Assembly: GCA_976551045.1 (NCBI GenBank)
Contig: CDPCPM010000016.1
Span: 8,866,001-8,930,000 of the forward strand
Direction of reading: 5' to 3'
Length of the DNA: 64,000 nt
DNA from: Glaucostegus cemiculus
Taxonomy: Eukaryota
Shown: positions 62,300 to 64,000 of the stretch, in pieces
Layout of the letters: every line of letters starts with the position of its first letter
Numbering within the stretch: the first letter of the stretch is position 1
The notes under the pieces: generated by a model
What the model was told of the DNA's origin: nothing
Database searches by the model: none
The model's input: only the letters and a program-made list of their open reading frames with translations
Position numbers and translations under genes: made by a program

Positions 62300-63490
62300 C
62301 ATCTCACATCCACATACAACTTCTACATTTTCTTACCAATCCTGACCCCATGTTCTCTGAGCAACACAAAGTAGTCCTGTAAACAACCACGCCATCACTT
62401 CCACACACTCCATAGCCTGCCATGAATAAATTCTTTGTTGTTGCTCCAGAAATAGCCTGTTTGATCAAAAGCCTTGAGAAGCAGCATCTGTACTCAGCTA
62501 ACACAGTTCGGAAGATCCAGTGGCCTCTCGGTGGATCTACTGTCCATATGTTTTCATGCTCACTTGTTACGTATAATCAGCAGCTGATAGTCCAACTATG
62601 TGCCTTAGCAGTTGCACCAAAGTGTGAGTATCTGAGCTAGTGCATGGTCTGCATGTGTCCTGTAATGATGAGGAGTGACCTCTTCAGAGGAGCAGTTGAC
62701 TTCCTCTTGGATCCTCTCCTGTGGGAGATTAAAGACCTGAATTAGAGTTGTCAGGCTGAAAATGATTGCTAAGTTATCATTATGTACCACATCATATTTC
62801 ACCTACAACTGATAGCAGTCAATATGAACGAGTGTTGTATGTCATGTATTTGACATTTAATACATTCAGTGGAAAGCTGGAGCCCATTATCTCTCTACCT
62901 CCAATGGTCAAGCACATCAAGAATCTAGTAATTCTGGCTCCTCCTCCGTAAGTCTACTGAGAAATGTTAGGAGGACCATCTTTGGTTCTTGACCACTTTC
63001 CCAATTGTCTGTGCTCTCTTCTCCTGTAAGGAAATAAAGAGACCCAAGAGTGAGGATCATGGCACATGTTGAGTGAAAGAACGGATGAAATACATTTGTT
63101 GAGTATAACCATGAGGGAATAGCATGATAATGCAGAAAGATAAAAGTAAGAGTAAATGGTGGATGAACAAAAGTGTGCGAAAAGAAATACAGTGGCAAAG
63201 GAATGGGTACACTTGCAATAGAAATTAGAGTGAAAGGTTATCTGCTTGGAATAGGCTTGAGAAGGCAGACTGAGGGCACTGGGATGATAACATACCAGGT
63301 CATAGGTGAATGTCCAATATACTCACCTTTCCTGCTCTACTTTTGTCAATAAACCCTTGAGCACGGTACCACTGACATTGTCAAACTCCTACCATGTCTC
63401 CATTTCTTTTACCACAGGCTTCTACCTTCTGAACCCTTAAAACCCAGAGCACCACCTCCAGAGAGGCACTTCTAAATCAAGGAGCAGTCT
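62300..63490 (-). pseudogene. Second Harbinger ORF1 (Myb/SANT) relic with a recognisable intron
   Basis: Exon 1 (63490-63327): TAP*FRSASLEVVL...GFIDKSRAGK|GTGAGT. Intron 63326-63024 ends ttacag. Exon 2: EKRAQ...SRTKDGPPNI...LTEEE (KTGGGP...LTxxEE motif). The 3' extent is uncertain. Confidence 0.65.
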
Positions 63491-63539
63491 TTGAACATTT
63501 ACTTTCTATTCTGCCACTTCCTCTGTTGTGCTTCCAACT

Positions 63540-64000
63540 ATAACCAATCAGATCAATGCTCTGTAGTCCTAGCAGATTCAACAGTGATGGGTAATTAAAC
63601 ATCTGAGGGTAGGACAGTTCATGAACATCATCACCAACCAGAGTACACAAGTTAAGGCTGCAATGGCAGCCATCCTCAACCAGGAGTGCCTAAAGAATGA
63701 TCTTGCTGAGCTTCCTCAAAGATCCCCAACACCACAGAAATCAAAGTTCACCATTCACTGCATGAGATTCTGAGTGTAATGGATACAGCAAAGACTTTCT
63801 ATCTCAACAATATCTCAGCCATCATGCTGAAGTCTTGTGTGGTAAAACAAGCTATGTTATGAGACAAGATATTCCTGTCAACACATTGGTTAGGATAATT
63901 GAACAAGTATGATCAGCCACAACATAGGAAGAAAAATCCCATTACAAGCCAACTTACAACCCTTTCACTGTCCTCTGTATCATTAGCAAACACTCGAAGT
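63540..64000 (+). mobile_element. Second CR1/L2-group LINE family, region upstream of and into RT (runs off window)
   Basis: MDTAKTFYLNNISAIMLKSC (KAxGPDNIPxxxLK) and an ANYRPISLLSIISK-like segment at the window end. Confidence 0.7.

Noticed and set aside
1-64000. CRISPR array, prokaryotic operon, endogenous virus or antigen-receptor V/J segments
   Set aside because: I saw no regularly spaced direct repeats, dense ORFs, viral motifs, or RSS-flanked Ig-like segments.

Overview
AT-rich, CpG-depleted vertebrate genomic DNA. The repeat families present (HE1-type V-SINEs, Deu-type SINE fragments, abundant CR1, Rex1/Babar, Penelope-derived inverted repeats) point to a cartilaginous fish, probably a shark or ray; this is an inference. 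I recognise no intact host protein-coding exon, tRNA, rRNA or CRISPR array. Nearly all long ORFs in the track are fragments or antisense frames of decayed transposons. The window looks like a large intron or gene desert in which decayed mobile elements alternate with repeat-poor blocks that may hold enhancers. Main observations: (1) a two-gene PIF/Harbinger transposon (Myb/SANT gene on +, DDE transposase on -, convergent) that can be reassembled across ~24.1-30.5 kb after removing nested CR1 insertions; (2) a second Harbinger Myb gene relic near 62.3-63.5 kb with its GT-AG intron still readable; (3) Penelope-derived repeats carrying decayed minimal hammerhead-ribozyme motifs; (4) a ~117-nt palindromic element at 21.8 kb resembling ancient pan-vertebrate hairpin repeats; (5) candidate minus-strand exons near 52.4-53.5 kb. 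I found no convincing intact, previously undescribed system. Repeat boundaries are by eye and approximate (tens of bp), and family names come from remembered consensus motifs, not database searches.
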